Part shown: one piece after another, positions 18,032 through 28,737 of the stretch
How the letters are laid out: each line of letters opens with the position of its first letter
How positions within the stretch are numbered: position 1 is the stretch's first letter
Assembly: GCA_018238545.1 (NCBI GenBank)
Contig: JABCTC010000008.1
Span: 1 to 64,000, forward strand
DNA from: Candidatus Heimdallarchaeota archaeon
Lineage (GTDB): Archaea; Asgardarchaeota; Heimdallarchaeia; Heimdallarchaeales; Heimdallarchaeaceae
Reading direction: 5' to 3'
DNA: 64,000 nt
The notes under the pieces: model-generated
What the model was told of the DNA's origin: nothing
Databases searched by the model: none
The model's input: only the letters and a program-made list of their open reading frames with translations
Made by a program: the position numbers and the translations under genes

Positions 18032-19858
18032 TTACAAAACTGTCACAGATTTCGAAAGATTTTTGGGAAAATCTGGATTATGACCTCTTTTCATTGCTGT
18101 ATAGTATGCTAGTAGTTGCATTGGTATCACATATGGTATTGTTGTTATCATTTCTGAGTATCCTTTTGGTATCTCCATTTTCCACTTCACCAGTTCACAT
18201 ATATCTTTGTCCCCTTCCTCTATTACTCCAATTGTTGTTGCTCCTCTCGCTTTCATTTCCATTATACTTCCAATCATCCTCTTATGCGTTTGATCTTTTG
18301 GTGCTATGAAAACTACTGGATAGTCATCTTCAATGAGGGCAATTGGTCCATGTTTTGATTCTCCTGCAGGATACGCTTCGCTATGAATGTAAGCTATTTC
18401 TTTCATCTTCAAAGCCCCCTCTTTTGCTGTTTGCAGGTTTACCCCTTTTCCTAAGTAAAAGCTGCTGTTCTTTTCAGCAAACCATGAAGCTATTCGGTTA
18501 GTACGTGCTTCATTACGTACTATTGATTGTTTCACAATTGTGGGTATTTTATTATAGAGTTTTCGCGCTTCATTGTATTCATTGTTCCCTAGCTCTCCTG
18601 AAATCCTACCAATTTCAAGACCGATATCCCACATGGAAAGTGTCTGTGCAGTATAAGTTTTAGTTGCTGCTACTCCAATCTCCGGTCCTGCATAAAGATA
18701 CAACACTTCATCAGAATGACGAGTGATTGAGCTTCCAATAACATTAACAGCTGAAAGCACCTTTGCTCCTAGTTTTTTGGCATCCTTTATTGCCATTATT
18801 GTATCCATTGTTTCTCCACTTTGACTTACTGGAAGAATTACCGTATCTTCATCAATCAAGGGACTAATGGAATCATATTCAGAGGCAATAATCGAACTAC
18901 AAGCCTTTTTTGCATACTTGCGAATAAGATTTTCTCCTGTTAATGTGGAATAATGAGCTGTTCCAGCGGCTAAAAGAAAAATCTTCTTCGCATCATAAAC
19001 CTTTTCTGCTATTTTATGTAGGGACGGTTGTTTTATCCGAATATAATCTGCTAATGAACTAGATTGTTCGTGAATCTCTTTGAGCATGAAGTGAGGAAAA
19101 CCACCTTTCTGTGCCATTTCTGGTTTCCAGGAAACAATATATGGTCTTCGTTCAACCTTTTTCATATTTGTAAAGTTAATTATTTCATAACCATCATGTG
19201 ATAGAGTAACAAATTCATCATCATGTAGTAGAACAACTTGTCGTGTGTGAGAAAGAAAAGCTGGGATATCCGAAGCACAGAACATTCTATCTGAATTTAT
19301 ACCGATAACAAGTGGACTGTCTCTTTTTGCACAATAAATTTTATCTGGATCCAAACTAGAAAGAACACAAATTGCAAATGTCCCCTCTATTTTCCTAATT
19401 GTATGGATAATGGCATCTTTAAGTTCCATCTGATCTTTCTGTATATACTGTTCAATCATATGAGGGATAATTTCAGTATCTGTCTCTGATCGAAAAACAT
19501 GTCCTTGGATAACTAATTCCTCTTTTAGTGACTGAAAATTCTCTATGATCCCATTATGAATTACAGCAATTTCATTTTTACAATCTGTATGGGGATGAGA
19601 GTTTTCCTTACTAGGGGGACCATGTGTTGCCCATCGTGTGTGTCCTATAGCAATTTTTCCGTGTAAATCATCCAATTGTATTTTATCGATAACTTCAGTG
19701 ATTTTTCCTTCTTCTTTTGATACAATAACTTGATTATTATCTATAGTTGCGATACCAACGCTGTCATACCCTCGATATTCAAGTTTTTTTAAGGAATCAA
19801 TAATATTCTTACCGATTTTATTTGTGTCTCGCTGTACTATTCCTACTATCCCACACAT
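18032..19858 (-). CDS. glmS: Glutamine-fructose-6-phosphate aminotransferase
   Basis: MCGIVG, GHTRWATHG, SQSGET, ESKHGP, PKNLSKSVTV. Confidence 0.97.
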   Translation of the reverse strand: MCGIVGIVQRDTNKIGKNIIDSLKKLEYRGYDSVGIATIDNNQVIVSKEEGKITEVIDKIQLDDLHGKIAIGHTRWATHGPPSKENSHPHTDCKNEIAVIHNGIIENFQSLKEELVIQGHVFRSETDTEIIPHMIEQYIQKDQMELKDAIIHTIRKIEGTFAICVLSSLDPDKIYCAKRDSPLVIGINSDRMFCASDIPAFLSHTRQVVLLHDDEFVTLSHDGYEIINFTNMKKVERRPYIVSWKPEMAQKGGFPHFMLKEIHEQSSSLADYIRIKQPSLHKIAEKVYDAKKIFLLAAGTAHYSTLTGENLIRKYAKKACSSIIASEYDSISPLIDEDTVILPVSQSGETMDTIMAIKDAKKLGAKVLSAVNVIGSSITRHSDEVLYLYAGPEIGVAATKTYTAQTLSMWDIGLEIGRISGELGNNEYNEARKLYNKIPTIVKQSIVRNEARTNRIASWFAEKNSSFYLGKGVNLQTAKEGALKMKEIAYIHSEAYPAGESKHGPIALIEDDYPVVFIAPKDQTHKRMIGSIMEMKARGATTIGVIEEGDKDICELVKWKMEIPKGYSEMITTIPYVIPMQLLAYYTAMKRGHNPDFPKNLSKSVTVL

Positions 19859-19912
19859 ATGTAACCCTGATCTATTTGTTTTTCGAGAAGACCGACGAAT
19901 CTTTTCACTGAA

Positions 19913-19933
19913 TTTTACTCTATTTTAGTAAAA
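19913..19933. promoter_or_regulatory. Palindrome TTTTACT-N7-AGTAAAA upstream of glmS, candidate TrmB operator
   Basis: Perfect 7-bp arms just downstream (minus strand) of a TTTAAA box at ~19945-19950. Confidence 0.45.
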
Positions 19934-19980
19934 ACATTTATCCTTTTAAATATTCTGATTAGCTTTTTGCTTTTAGGTTT

Positions 19981-21120
19981 TTAAAGAACCTCTCTTTCAA
20001 TGTCCTCTAGCAAGCTATATTTAATTTTTAGTGATTGTTTTATTTTATCTATACTTGGCGTAATTGAAGGATCTATCTCGTGGAGAATGCCTAAATAGAT
20101 ACTGATGAAATCCACAAGAAATGTTGAACTAAGCTGTTTTGCTAGTTTTGATTTTCCTTGAGGCAATATCTCTAGAACTTTCTCAGACTTCTTAGAAGCT
20201 AACTTTTTCACTTCTTCAAACCTTGTTGTTATATTCTTTGGTTCCTCTTTATCATGCAAGAAGATGAACGCGATATCATTTAACGAAGCATTCGGGTTAT
20301 CAAAAATAACAACCCCATTGTGATTTTGTTCAGGGAGAGTCTCTGATATTGCGATTACCTTGCTATTTTCATTCAACTGTGTTTTAGCTCTATAGGAAAT
20401 TGGAGCATATATACCATACCCAATAAAAAGAGGAATGGAATTGAATATACCATATGAAATTTCTTTTGCAATATTTTCCTTAATAGGTGATTCTTGAGAA
20501 TATTCAATAGCTAATTTTTTCAAGACTTTTACAACTTCTTCAAACTGTTGTTCAACGCCTCCAATTAAATCCAAAATCTCAAAGATTGTTATAATGGCAG
20601 TATACATTAAGGGAAAAGCTGTTCTTGGCGGAATTCCTGATCGAATTTTAACATGTGGAGTGCCTATTTGTGTTGCGAATTTTTCTAGTAATCCTGCTGA
20701 AGAAATAGAAACAATCATTGATTTTCTTTTAAGAGCTTCATGATATCTAGAAAGCGTTTCTTCTGTATTTCCTGAATAACTTATACAAATTACTAAGGAT
20801 TCACTGTCAATAAACTTGGGTAGATAATAACCTCTATTGACTATAACTGGAATACTTAGTTCATTTTCGAATAAACTAACAAAATAATCCCCAGCGATGG
20901 CTGAGCCTCCCATACCACAAATAATAACGTTTTTTGGTTGTTTATATTCCAAAGATAGATTGTTCCACGCAACTTTGGAAGGAATTTGTAACTTTTTACT
21001 CTTGTCTCTAGCTTCTTTAACGAGTTCTCCCCATTTTGACATTGATCCTAATTGATCTGATTTGTCAATTTTTGCAAGTAACTCTCTATCATCTAAATTT
21101 ATCATTTTATTCACTTTCAA
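19981..21120 (-). CDS. Bifunctional phosphoglucose/phosphomannose isomerase
   Basis: GMGGSAIAGD, SYSGNTEET, NENSK, PEQNHN. Confidence 0.92.
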   Translation of the reverse strand: MKVNKMINLDDRELLAKIDKSDQLGSMSKWGELVKEARDKSKKLQIPSKVAWNNLSLEYKQPKNVIICGMGGSAIAGDYFVSLFENELSIPVIVNRGYYLPKFIDSESLVICISYSGNTEETLSRYHEALKRKSMIVSISSAGLLEKFATQIGTPHVKIRSGIPPRTAFPLMYTAIITIFEILDLIGGVEQQFEEVVKVLKKLAIEYSQESPIKENIAKEISYGIFNSIPLFIGYGIYAPISYRAKTQLNENSKVIAISETLPEQNHNGVVIFDNPNASLNDIAFIFLHDKEEPKNITTRFEEVKKLASKKSEKVLEILPQGKSKLAKQLSSTFLVDFISIYLGILHEIDPSITPSIDKIKQSLKIKYSLLEDIEREVL

Positions 21121-21153
21121 ATAATTCTGATTTTCAATTTTACTAACTATCTC

Positions 21154-21948
21154 TCAACTCTTACCCCATAGATATTCAAAGTTATTTGAGAAAATTTCTA
21201 TTATGCCTGAATTTGAGGAGAAATGAGGACGGTAAACATATTTTTCCTGTTTAACGGGAGAAACCCATATAACAAAAACAACTTGTTCGTTATCTACAAG
21301 AGTACCGCGAGCAAGAACTGTTTCATTTGCGATTTCCTTAACCTTAGCTCCAATCTCACGTAATTTCTTAGCATATAATTTTGAAGTTTCATCATCTACA
21401 TTCATTAGAATTCGAACTGTAACATCCCTTGATATGGCCTTATTCAAAGCTTCTTCGACATGTTCAAACCAGTAGAATACATTAGTAAAAATGCAAATTT
21501 CTTTCTTAGATTTATTTATTAAATCTATTGTTTTTACTTGCATCTCCCCAAGAGAGGAGTAAGCTTCTATTAACTCATCAGGTTTAATGATTAATTGAGA
21601 TTGATAGATTGGATCATTTAGAAGAGTAAGAATGTGATCAGAAATATTAGTCATTTTGTTAAGCTCATCGTTGAATTCTGATTCTTTGAATACGAGAAAA
21701 TTTTTCAATCCTTCCTCTAAGTTAAGAATTTCAAACCTTTTAGGACGACCTGCAATTGTTCTAACAAGACCCTTCTTCTGCAAACTCTCGATTGTATCAT
21801 AAATACGAGGAGTAGGGATATCCGTTTGTTTATGAATTTCTTCGGCGGTGGAAGCTGAAAGAGCAATAAGTGTTTTGAGAGTTTTAACTTCATACTGTGT
21901 TAAACCAAGGGATTTTAAATTCAAATCAATTTCATCAAGTTCAGACAT
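21154..21948 (-). CDS. TrmB-family transcriptional regulator
   Basis: LGLTQYE..IPTPRIYDTIESLQKKGLV..GRPKRF plus effector domain. Confidence 0.9.
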   Translation of the reverse strand: MSELDEIDLNLKSLGLTQYEVKTLKTLIALSASTAEEIHKQTDIPTPRIYDTIESLQKKGLVRTIAGRPKRFEILNLEEGLKNFLVFKESEFNDELNKMTNISDHILTLLNDPIYQSQLIIKPDELIEAYSSLGEMQVKTIDLINKSKKEICIFTNVFYWFEHVEEALNKAISRDVTVRILMNVDDETSKLYAKKLREIGAKVKEIANETVLARGTLVDNEQVVFVIWVSPVKQEKYVYRPHFSSNSGIIEIFSNNFEYLWGKS

Positions 21949-22079
21949 AAGTTATGCTCCAAGTAGCATGATATGAAGATAAATATTTAAATTACTCGTA
22001 AAGGAAGGAAAATTAGGTAAAATTCATTAACCAAAAACTTAAATTAAAAAAAGTTACGAAAAGAAATAACCAAAAACCC

Positions 22080-22158
22080 GGGGCAGTGATCTAGCTTGGC
22101 CAATGATGCCACTCTTACACAGTGGATGTCGCAGGTTCAAATCCTGCCTGCCCCACCA
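22080..22158 (+). tRNA. tRNA-Val(TAC)
   Basis: GGGGCAG/CTGCCCC, loop CT-TAC-AC, encoded CCA. Confidence 0.93.
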
Positions 22159-22240
22159 CTTCTACAAAGGGTTTTAACACCTCTCTCTTTGTGGTTTTTA
22201 ATTCGGAAAGATTTTTGAAAGCTGTTTTGGAATTTAAGCA

Positions 22241-23128
22241 ATGACAAATTCTTCTTTTCCTACTGATATTCCTCTTTTCTTACAACAAGAAGAAATCTTT
22301 ACTCTCTATATTTTAAATAACGACATAATCTTATGTGGAGAATTTCATGTTCGTGATAAATACTCATCAAGACCCTTCGAATTACTCCATCAAATGGCGT
22401 CGATTCCTAGCTATATATCTTCTTTTCCTTCTATTTTATTCCACCATTTCAACAATAATCCCTTCCCTAAATCCCTCCATTCTTATAATTGTTTAATTAG
22501 CGTTGATCTTTCAAAGGAATATGGGTCGTATGTATTCTGTTTGGAAGCTGATCTCGGAATTCAAAAAACCCCCTCACCTACTGTTAGGTTATATAATTTG
22601 GTTTTTCAGGGACAATCCTTGAATATAGAGGTCTCCTTAACACCCTTTGATGCTTTTCTGACATTTTCAAACTTATGCGTTAATTGCATTTGGGAAGGTT
22701 TTTATTCAATTTTAAGACGAACTGGTTACTTAGAATATAACCGTTCTGCAATTTCTGTTGATAGTTCCTATTCTGGGAACAAAATCATACACGAATTCTG
22801 TTTAGATTATCTCGATTTCCTAGAACAATCTATTTTGGAAAACAAATTAACTCCGTTTGATATATTTCGAAACAGTGGTTTTGGTGCAATTATATTACTC
22901 TCTAATATGTCACAAGTGAAAACTTTCATTCATGAAGCTCTCGATGCTTTGCTAGATGTTCCTGATGTTCCTTCAAATATCCATTTGATTTACTACTCAC
23001 TGTACAACATTTTGCAAAACACCAGCTTATGGATCTATCCAATTGTTAAAGAATTTTCGGAGAAAAATAGGAAGATACTTGCTAAATTAAGAACAAAAAT
23101 AGTAAACCAATATATGCCCTCTTTGTAA
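22241..23128 (+). CDS. Orphan hypothetical protein inside tRNA-Val islet
   Basis: 295-aa ORF with pyrimidine-rich coding strand; no recognised motif. Confidence 0.6.
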   Translation: MTNSSFPTDIPLFLQQEEIFTLYILNNDIILCGEFHVRDKYSSRPFELLHQMASIPSYISSFPSILFHHFNNNPFPKSLHSYNCLISVDLSKEYGSYVFCLEADLGIQKTPSPTVRLYNLVFQGQSLNIEVSLTPFDAFLTFSNLCVNCIWEGFYSILRRTGYLEYNRSAISVDSSYSGNKIIHEFCLDYLDFLEQSILENKLTPFDIFRNSGFGAIILLSNMSQVKTFIHEALDALLDVPDVPSNIHLIYYSLYNILQNTSLWIYPIVKEFSEKNRKILAKLRTKIVNQYMPSL

Positions 23129-23254
23129 CGACTTTGTTAAATATACAATGGTTTTCTAAGGTTAATATATTTGGTAGTATAATCTACTTAGACAAGCTGG
23201 TATCTTAACATGATATTGAACGTAACTTACTAGAATACATGAATTGCTTAAAGA

Positions 23255-23278
23255 TTCAAATCCGCCCTGCCCCACCAC
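23255..23278 (+). repeat. Direct repeat of tRNA-Val 3' end (att-like)
   Basis: TTCAAATCCGCCCTGCCCCACCAC vs TTCAAATCCTGCCTGCCCCACCAC at 22136-22159, 22/24 identical. Confidence 0.85.
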
Positions 23279-23360
23279 AATTATTTCTTACATCCTTCCT
23301 CTGAGCTATAAAATCTCGTTTACAAGTGTTTTTAAGACTAAACGTTAAATCTTTTTTAGA

Positions 23361-24185
23361 TTGAAATTCTTTGACAAATTTTACAAGAAGGCTATTTTTT
23401 CTCTACTTCTAGTGATAATTATTAGTAGCCTAATACAGACACTTGTTCCATTTTTTGTTTCGTTATCTGCACCTACAGTTGCTGAAGATTCTGGCTCCGT
23501 GAAGGTTTCTACTTATAATATTCAAAATGGTTTAGACACATATACAATTGATTTACTTGCAGAACTTGCAGCAGATATCTTGGCTTTACAAGAAGTATAT
23601 GAGATATTTTATCATGGTTCTGAAATTAATATGAGTCAATTAGCTTCTTCGCTCTCGTATCCCTATTATGCTTCTCCAACAAACTATAATCAAAGATTAT
23701 ATGGACTTGTTATTCTTTCTAAATTTGAAATCATTAAATCATCCTTTGTTGAATTATCTGGACCTTCTTATACTACTCCGAGAGGGCTTCTTATAGCTGA
23801 TATTAATAAAAACAATACAACCGTTAGAGTTATCACAACACATCTTGATTTGCCTTGGTTGTGTCTTACAAGATTTAGTCAAGCTAAAACATTATTAGCT
23901 CAGATTAATGATAGTATTCCTGTGGTCGTTCTTGGAGATTTCAATACACCTAATTCTATTTTTGATTTGACTTATTGGAGGTTGTTCACTAATCTACATG
24001 ATACTTGGATTGTCTCTGGTAATCCTCCATTCACTGGTAAAACTTGGCCAGTTGAGTTTTCTCTTCTGCGTGTTGATTATATATTTGTAAATGATTATTG
24101 CACAACCGTTCGCGAGTCTGCTGAACTTATAACAGATGTACAGTCATCTGATCATCGAGGACTTTCTGTAAGACTACTTATATAA
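23361..24185 (+). CDS. Endonuclease/exonuclease/phosphatase (EEP) family protein with N-terminal anchor
   Basis: TYNI, LALQEV, THL, GDFN, RVDYIF, SDHR. Confidence 0.88.
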   Translation: MKFFDKFYKKAIFSLLLVIIISSLIQTLVPFFVSLSAPTVAEDSGSVKVSTYNIQNGLDTYTIDLLAELAADILALQEVYEIFYHGSEINMSQLASSLSYPYYASPTNYNQRLYGLVILSKFEIIKSSFVELSGPSYTTPRGLLIADINKNNTTVRVITTHLDLPWLCLTRFSQAKTLLAQINDSIPVVVLGDFNTPNSIFDLTYWRLFTNLHDTWIVSGNPPFTGKTWPVEFSLLRVDYIFVNDYCTTVRESAELITDVQSSDHRGLSVRLLI

Positions 24186-24248
24186 TTCTTAATTCTTATC
24201 TAGAGCCTCTTTGATCTCTTTCCAAATAGTATATTTTACGAAAGCTTG

Positions 24249-25367
24249 TTACCTACAGGTAGCTTGGATTTCTTTACCTGACAATGTTTTGAGCTTAGAC
24301 ATTGAATTTGTTGTTAAACAAGCGTGTACTGGAATAATAAAAATGATATCTCCAATATTTATCTTCTGAAAGAAATTATTGTTATTTGTTTTTATGGTTC
24401 CATGTTCTTGACTGATAGCAGAAACATATGTATCTTTTACTTTTGAAAATTCATTCTCCAATGATTGAGAGATGTAACCGTATATTGTTCTCCCATCTTT
24501 ATCCACTATAAAATCCTTTGAGAGGTGTATGGCTCCTCCATCGACCAAGATTTCTTTACGTTCATCATATTTTGCTATGACTGGACAAGCTAATCTGATT
24601 GCTATTTCTTCTTCTGTGCACGAACCAATTTGCACTTGTTTTAGGTCATAAAAAACAAAATTTCCTGGTCTAATTTCATCAACAAGAGAGAAATCATCTG
24701 CAACACTAGAAGTGGGAGTATCTCCAACTGAAATTTGTAGATTATTATATCCTTCTAGTTTAAATTCTTCCTGTAATTGAACCATCTTATTTATGGTATC
24801 CCCATGAACAGCTATAATTTCTGCTCTATTTCTTGCTTTGTAAGAATGTCCTGCATGAGTTAAAATGCCAGTTAAGTGCATATTTATTGCATTGTGAATG
24901 TGTGTTGCTATCTGGATTACTTTATAGGTTTCATTCCATTCTATTCCATCTCTATGGTACCCTGTATCGATATTAATCCAAACTTTTACAGAGTGTTTGA
25001 GTTTTTCTTCGAGAGATCTAACAGTTTCAACTGATTCTACCAATAGATTTAGTTGAATCTTCTTTGCCAATTCATTTATTTTGTCTATTTCTAGAAGATT
25101 GACAGGAAAAGCTATTGTGATATCAGTCCATCCAGCTTTAGCAAAACATTCGGCCATACGCACTGATGAAACAGTAATGCAGTTAACACCTAAAACTCTC
25201 AGCCATTCACCTATTTCTGCTGATTGATGTGTTTTAAAATGAGGACGAAATCTTATTCCATTTTTTTCTGCCTTGTTTTTGATTTTGTTAATATTTTTGA
25301 GAACTATATTTTTACTTACTATAAGTGTAGGTTCAATTATATTCATTTGACTCACCGAACCATTCAT
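24249..25367 (-). CDS. PLP-dependent D-serine dehydratase/D-threonine aldolase family
   Basis: RPHFKTHQS, HAGHSY, GDTPT, EIRPGNFVFYD, SQEHG, PVHAC. Confidence 0.85.
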   Translation of the reverse strand: MNGSVSQMNIIEPTLIVSKNIVLKNINKIKNKAEKNGIRFRPHFKTHQSAEIGEWLRVLGVNCITVSSVRMAECFAKAGWTDITIAFPVNLLEIDKINELAKKIQLNLLVESVETVRSLEEKLKHSVKVWINIDTGYHRDGIEWNETYKVIQIATHIHNAINMHLTGILTHAGHSYKARNRAEIIAVHGDTINKMVQLQEEFKLEGYNNLQISVGDTPTSSVADDFSLVDEIRPGNFVFYDLKQVQIGSCTEEEIAIRLACPVIAKYDERKEILVDGGAIHLSKDFIVDKDGRTIYGYISQSLENEFSKVKDTYVSAISQEHGTIKTNNNNFFQKINIGDIIFIIPVHACLTTNSMSKLKTLSGKEIQATCR

Positions 25368-25373
25368 GATGCA

Positions 25374-26150
25374 TTATAGTTCTACAACTCTTTTTGGTAC
25401 TTGAGCTCCTATTTTTGCTCTCCCTAGATATTTACCTAATTCAGGTATTAATCCATCAGCTCTAGTCCCTTTTTTACAAACTAGTCTATATTCTAACAAC
25501 CCCATCCTTTCAAATTCGTCTATATCCTCCATATGTTTACTCTGGATAAGAGCTTGTTTGATTGATCTTCTTGTTGTTCCACATATAATTAGAGCTTCTT
25601 TGTTTGCTTTATATGGCTCCAAAAACCACCTTAACGATTCATCCTCAATCTTTACCCATAATTTTGATCCAAGCACTTTTTTATCAATGATTTCGAACCT
25701 TAGAGGTAAGTTTTCAACAATTCCAAAAGCTCTAATTGTGTTAACGAGAGATGACTTCTTTCCTCCAGCTAATTGATTTCTCATTTCAAATAAGGGGTAT
25801 AATGCATCAATTTTTTGTGTTGAAGTTACAATCCCAGCGTCAACAAATAGACCAAACTTCACATTCCCTACATCTCTGAAACGTCCATAGATAATATCTC
25901 CAATCTGAAGTTCTCCAATACTTCTTTCAGTCGAACCATATTTTTCAATTATGAAATTCTTTGCAATATTCTCATCTTCCCCCTCTAGAGTTATTTCTGC
26001 ATATCGATCTTTTGTAAAAGTTACTTCCACTATTTTTACATCTAGATCTTTTAATTCTTCATTTAGGATGTAAGTTAGAGCTTTGGCTGAGCTATGTTTT
26101 GCTACGTTGTATGTTTTCTCTAAAACTGTTATTTTCAACATGATTTTCAC
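25374..26150 (-). CDS. DUF2110-like protein
   Basis: GEDENIAKNFI, GNVKFGLFVD, RMGLLEY..CKKGTRADGLI; next to trm56. Confidence 0.7.
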   Translation of the reverse strand: MKIMLKITVLEKTYNVAKHSSAKALTYILNEELKDLDVKIVEVTFTKDRYAEITLEGEDENIAKNFIIEKYGSTERSIGELQIGDIIYGRFRDVGNVKFGLFVDAGIVTSTQKIDALYPLFEMRNQLAGGKKSSLVNTIRAFGIVENLPLRFEIIDKKVLGSKLWVKIEDESLRWFLEPYKANKEALIICGTTRRSIKQALIQSKHMEDIDEFERMGLLEYRLVCKKGTRADGLIPELGKYLGRAKIGAQVPKRVVEL

Positions 26151-26686
26151 TCTTTATTCTTTTGTTTTGTACTTTTTCCCTTTTCCATTGGAATAATCTC
26201 AACATTTGCATTCAAGTGTTTCTCTTTTCTAGCTTTACCAGCCGTTATTCGATCTAAGAAAACAGCTAATGCTGCTACTTCACTATGTGGTTGGTGACCA
26301 ATAGCTATATTGTAGTCTACTAACTGGTATACGGCACTTGGAACTTTAGTTCCACCTACAATAACTAAGAGATTTTCGTTTAATTTTTGTTTCAGCTCAA
26401 CTATTTTGTCTTCGAGTTCAATACCAAACATAGTTAGATGAACAATAGTGCCTCCTTCTTGTTTCCATTTCTTTATGCAAGATATCTCATTTTCTACATG
26501 ATTTATGTGGAAATTACCTCCCCATTCTTCTGTTATTCTATCGACACTTTCCTCAAGAGAACCATCATGGTTACCCGTATAGATTAACTGTTTTGCGCCA
26601 AATGCTCTAGCAGTTAATGCAATGTGAGTAGACATACGTTTGTCACGCGCAAGTCTATGGAACAATCTGAGAATAACTAAGGTCAT
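26147..26686 (-). CDS. trm56: tRNA C56 2'-O-methyltransferase aTrm56
   Basis: RDKRMSTHIALTARAFGA, VHLTMFG, QPHSEVAALAVFLDR. Confidence 0.93.
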   Translation of the reverse strand: MTLVILRLFHRLARDKRMSTHIALTARAFGAKQLIYTGNHDGSLEESVDRITEEWGGNFHINHVENEISCIKKWKQEGGTIVHLTMFGIELEDKIVELKQKLNENLLVIVGGTKVPSAVYQLVDYNIAIGHQPHSEVAALAVFLDRITAGKARKEKHLNANVEIIPMEKGKSTKQKNKE

Positions 26687-26879
26687 GTGTTCTATTCGAA
26701 AAAAGAACACTTAAGGTTGATGATTTTGTTGTGAATCTCTTTTTTGTCGATTTTATTTCTTAACCTAAGCAAATTAATATCTCTCCATTTTGCGGTATTT
26801 GGCTATCTAACGCGCGAGTATACCATATAAACGCTTTTATATATTCTTTGAGATTAGAAAATATTGAGAAAAATAAAGG

Positions 26880-28082
26880 GTGTTGAAACTGTCAAAAGAG
26901 AGGTCTGAACCTGATCAAAACGACCCAGCTTACTTAATTTCTTATGCTAATCATCTTGAGAGACAAGCGCGTCAACTAGAGACTGAAAAGCAGATGGTGG
27001 AGAGTGAAAGACTACGTCTTCAGAGAGAGGTCAACAATTTAAAAGTTGAACTCGAAAGACTAAGATCTCCCCCCTTGTTTATGGGTTACATAGTTGAAGT
27101 CCTTGACAATAAGACAGCTGTTGTTCGAAGTACTACTGGTCCTAATCTAGTTGTTACCATATCACGTCATGTTGAAATCAAAGATTTGAAACCTGATACA
27201 AGAGTTGCTCTCAATCAAAGAACATTTGCTATAGTAAATGCTTTACCTCCGACTCAAGATCCTATGGTTCAGAAGATGGAATTGATTGAGCGACCAACTG
27301 AAACGTTTAAAGATATAGGTGGTCTCGCCCCACAAATTCAAGAATTGAAGGAAACAGTTGAACTGCCTTTATTGAAACCAGAGTTATTTGAAAAGATAGG
27401 TATCGATCCCCCTAAAGGTGTACTTTTGCAAGGTTTACCCGGAACAGGTAAAACTTTACTTGCTAAAGCGGTTGCTAATGAAACCCAAGCAGTTTTCATC
27501 AGATTAATAGGTAGCGAGCTAGTTCAGAAATTTATCGGAGAAGGAGCAAGACTTGTAAGAGAAATTTTTGAGTTTGCTCGAGAAAACGCACCTAGTATTC
27601 TTTTTATTGATGAACTAGATGCTATTGGAAGTCGTAGATTAGATTTAGCTACAAGTGGTGATAGAGAAGTACAAAGAACTTTGATGCAATTGCTCTCTGA
27701 ATTAGATGGTTTTAATCCAAGAGGAGATGTGAAGGTAATCGCAGCTACTAACAGGATAGATATTTTAGATCCTGCAATGCTTCGACCAGGAAGATTCGAT
27801 AGAATCATTGAAGTTCCCATACCAAATGCTGAAAGTCGACTTGCTATCTTCAAAATACACGTTGCCGAAATGAATCTAAAGGGCGATGTTGATTTTGATT
27901 ACTTAATCCAAATGACTGAAGGAGTAAGTGGTGCTGCCATTAAAAACATCTGTACAGAAGCAGGTATGTTCGCAATTCGCTCGGAAAGAGATCACGTAAT
28001 TAATGATGATTTCACAGATTCTATAAAGAAAATAACTGGAGAAAAAGAATCAACAGCAAAACAAACTACCGGTTTTATTTAG
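26880..28082 (+). CDS. pan: Proteasome-activating nucleotidase
   Basis: Coiled coil, OB fold, [21 protein letters not shown]. Confidence 0.96.
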   Translation: MLKLSKERSEPDQNDPAYLISYANHLERQARQLETEKQMVESERLRLQREVNNLKVELERLRSPPLFMGYIVEVLDNKTAVVRSTTGPNLVVTISRHVEIKDLKPDTRVALNQRTFAIVNALPPTQDPMVQKMELIERPTETFKDIGGLAPQIQELKETVELPLLKPELFEKIGIDPPKGVLLQGLPGTGKTLLAKAVANETQAVFIRLIGSELVQKFIGEGARLVREIFEFARENAPSILFIDELDAIGSRRLDLATSGDREVQRTLMQLLSELDGFNPRGDVKVIAATNRIDILDPAMLRPGRFDRIIEVPIPNAESRLAIFKIHVAEMNLKGDVDFDYLIQMTEGVSGAAIKNICTEAGMFAIRSERDHVINDDFTDSIKKITGEKESTAKQTTGFI

Positions 28083-28099
28083 TCCCCTTTTTTCCTTTT

Positions 28100-28630
28100 T
28101 CAAATGTTTTTCATCATTATTTTTTCAACAAATTTTTTTTGTCTGAAAAACCCTCTCACAACATAGGAATCTTCTCCAAATTTACTAATGAAATTCTTCA
28201 GTACTTCATCAAAAGTACATTCTCTGATACCACAAACTAGATTATCAGAATAAGAAACAACTATTTCTTCAATAGTTTTTGGAATATAGTCATCTGGTGG
28301 TAATCCTAGTTTTGTTGCCTCAGTTTCAGTTATTCCAGTTCCTATGTGTTTCTTAACAATCAATATAAGTCGTTGGTCAAGTTTTTCACTTTCTAGTATT
28401 TTTACACCTTCAATTGCATGAAAAATTGAGTGATCCTTTGAACGTCCAATATCGTGTAACATAGCAGCAGCAATTACCAGTTCTGTATTTATCTCATCAA
28501 TTTGCGCACAAAATCTTTCTGCTATTTTTGTAACAATAAGACAATGATCAATGACTTGAGATGGTATATTATGCTTTTTAAGAATTATTAAGCATTTTTC
28601 TTTTGTAGGTATTTTGTGCGTTTTCATCAT
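28100..28630 (-). CDS. HDIG-domain metal-dependent phosphohydrolase
   Basis: LHDIGR, HIGTGI, PKTIEEIVVSYSDNL. Confidence 0.85.
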   Translation of the reverse strand: MMKTHKIPTKEKCLIILKKHNIPSQVIDHCLIVTKIAERFCAQIDEINTELVIAAAMLHDIGRSKDHSIFHAIEGVKILESEKLDQRLILIVKKHIGTGITETEATKLGLPPDDYIPKTIEEIVVSYSDNLVCGIRECTFDEVLKNFISKFGEDSYVVRGFFRQKKFVEKIMMKNI

Positions 28631-28737
28631 TCAATACTCATTTGGGTCACACTTTATTATCTTTTACTTAAGAATTATCAAAAAACACTGAAACAAAAGT
28701 TTTTTAAGAAAAATTAAGAGAGACATCTCGACGGAAA

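Noticed and set aside
21992-22001. TTAC-TC-GTAA mini-palindrome upstream of trmB
   Set aside because: 4-bp arms are expected by chance in AT-rich DNA
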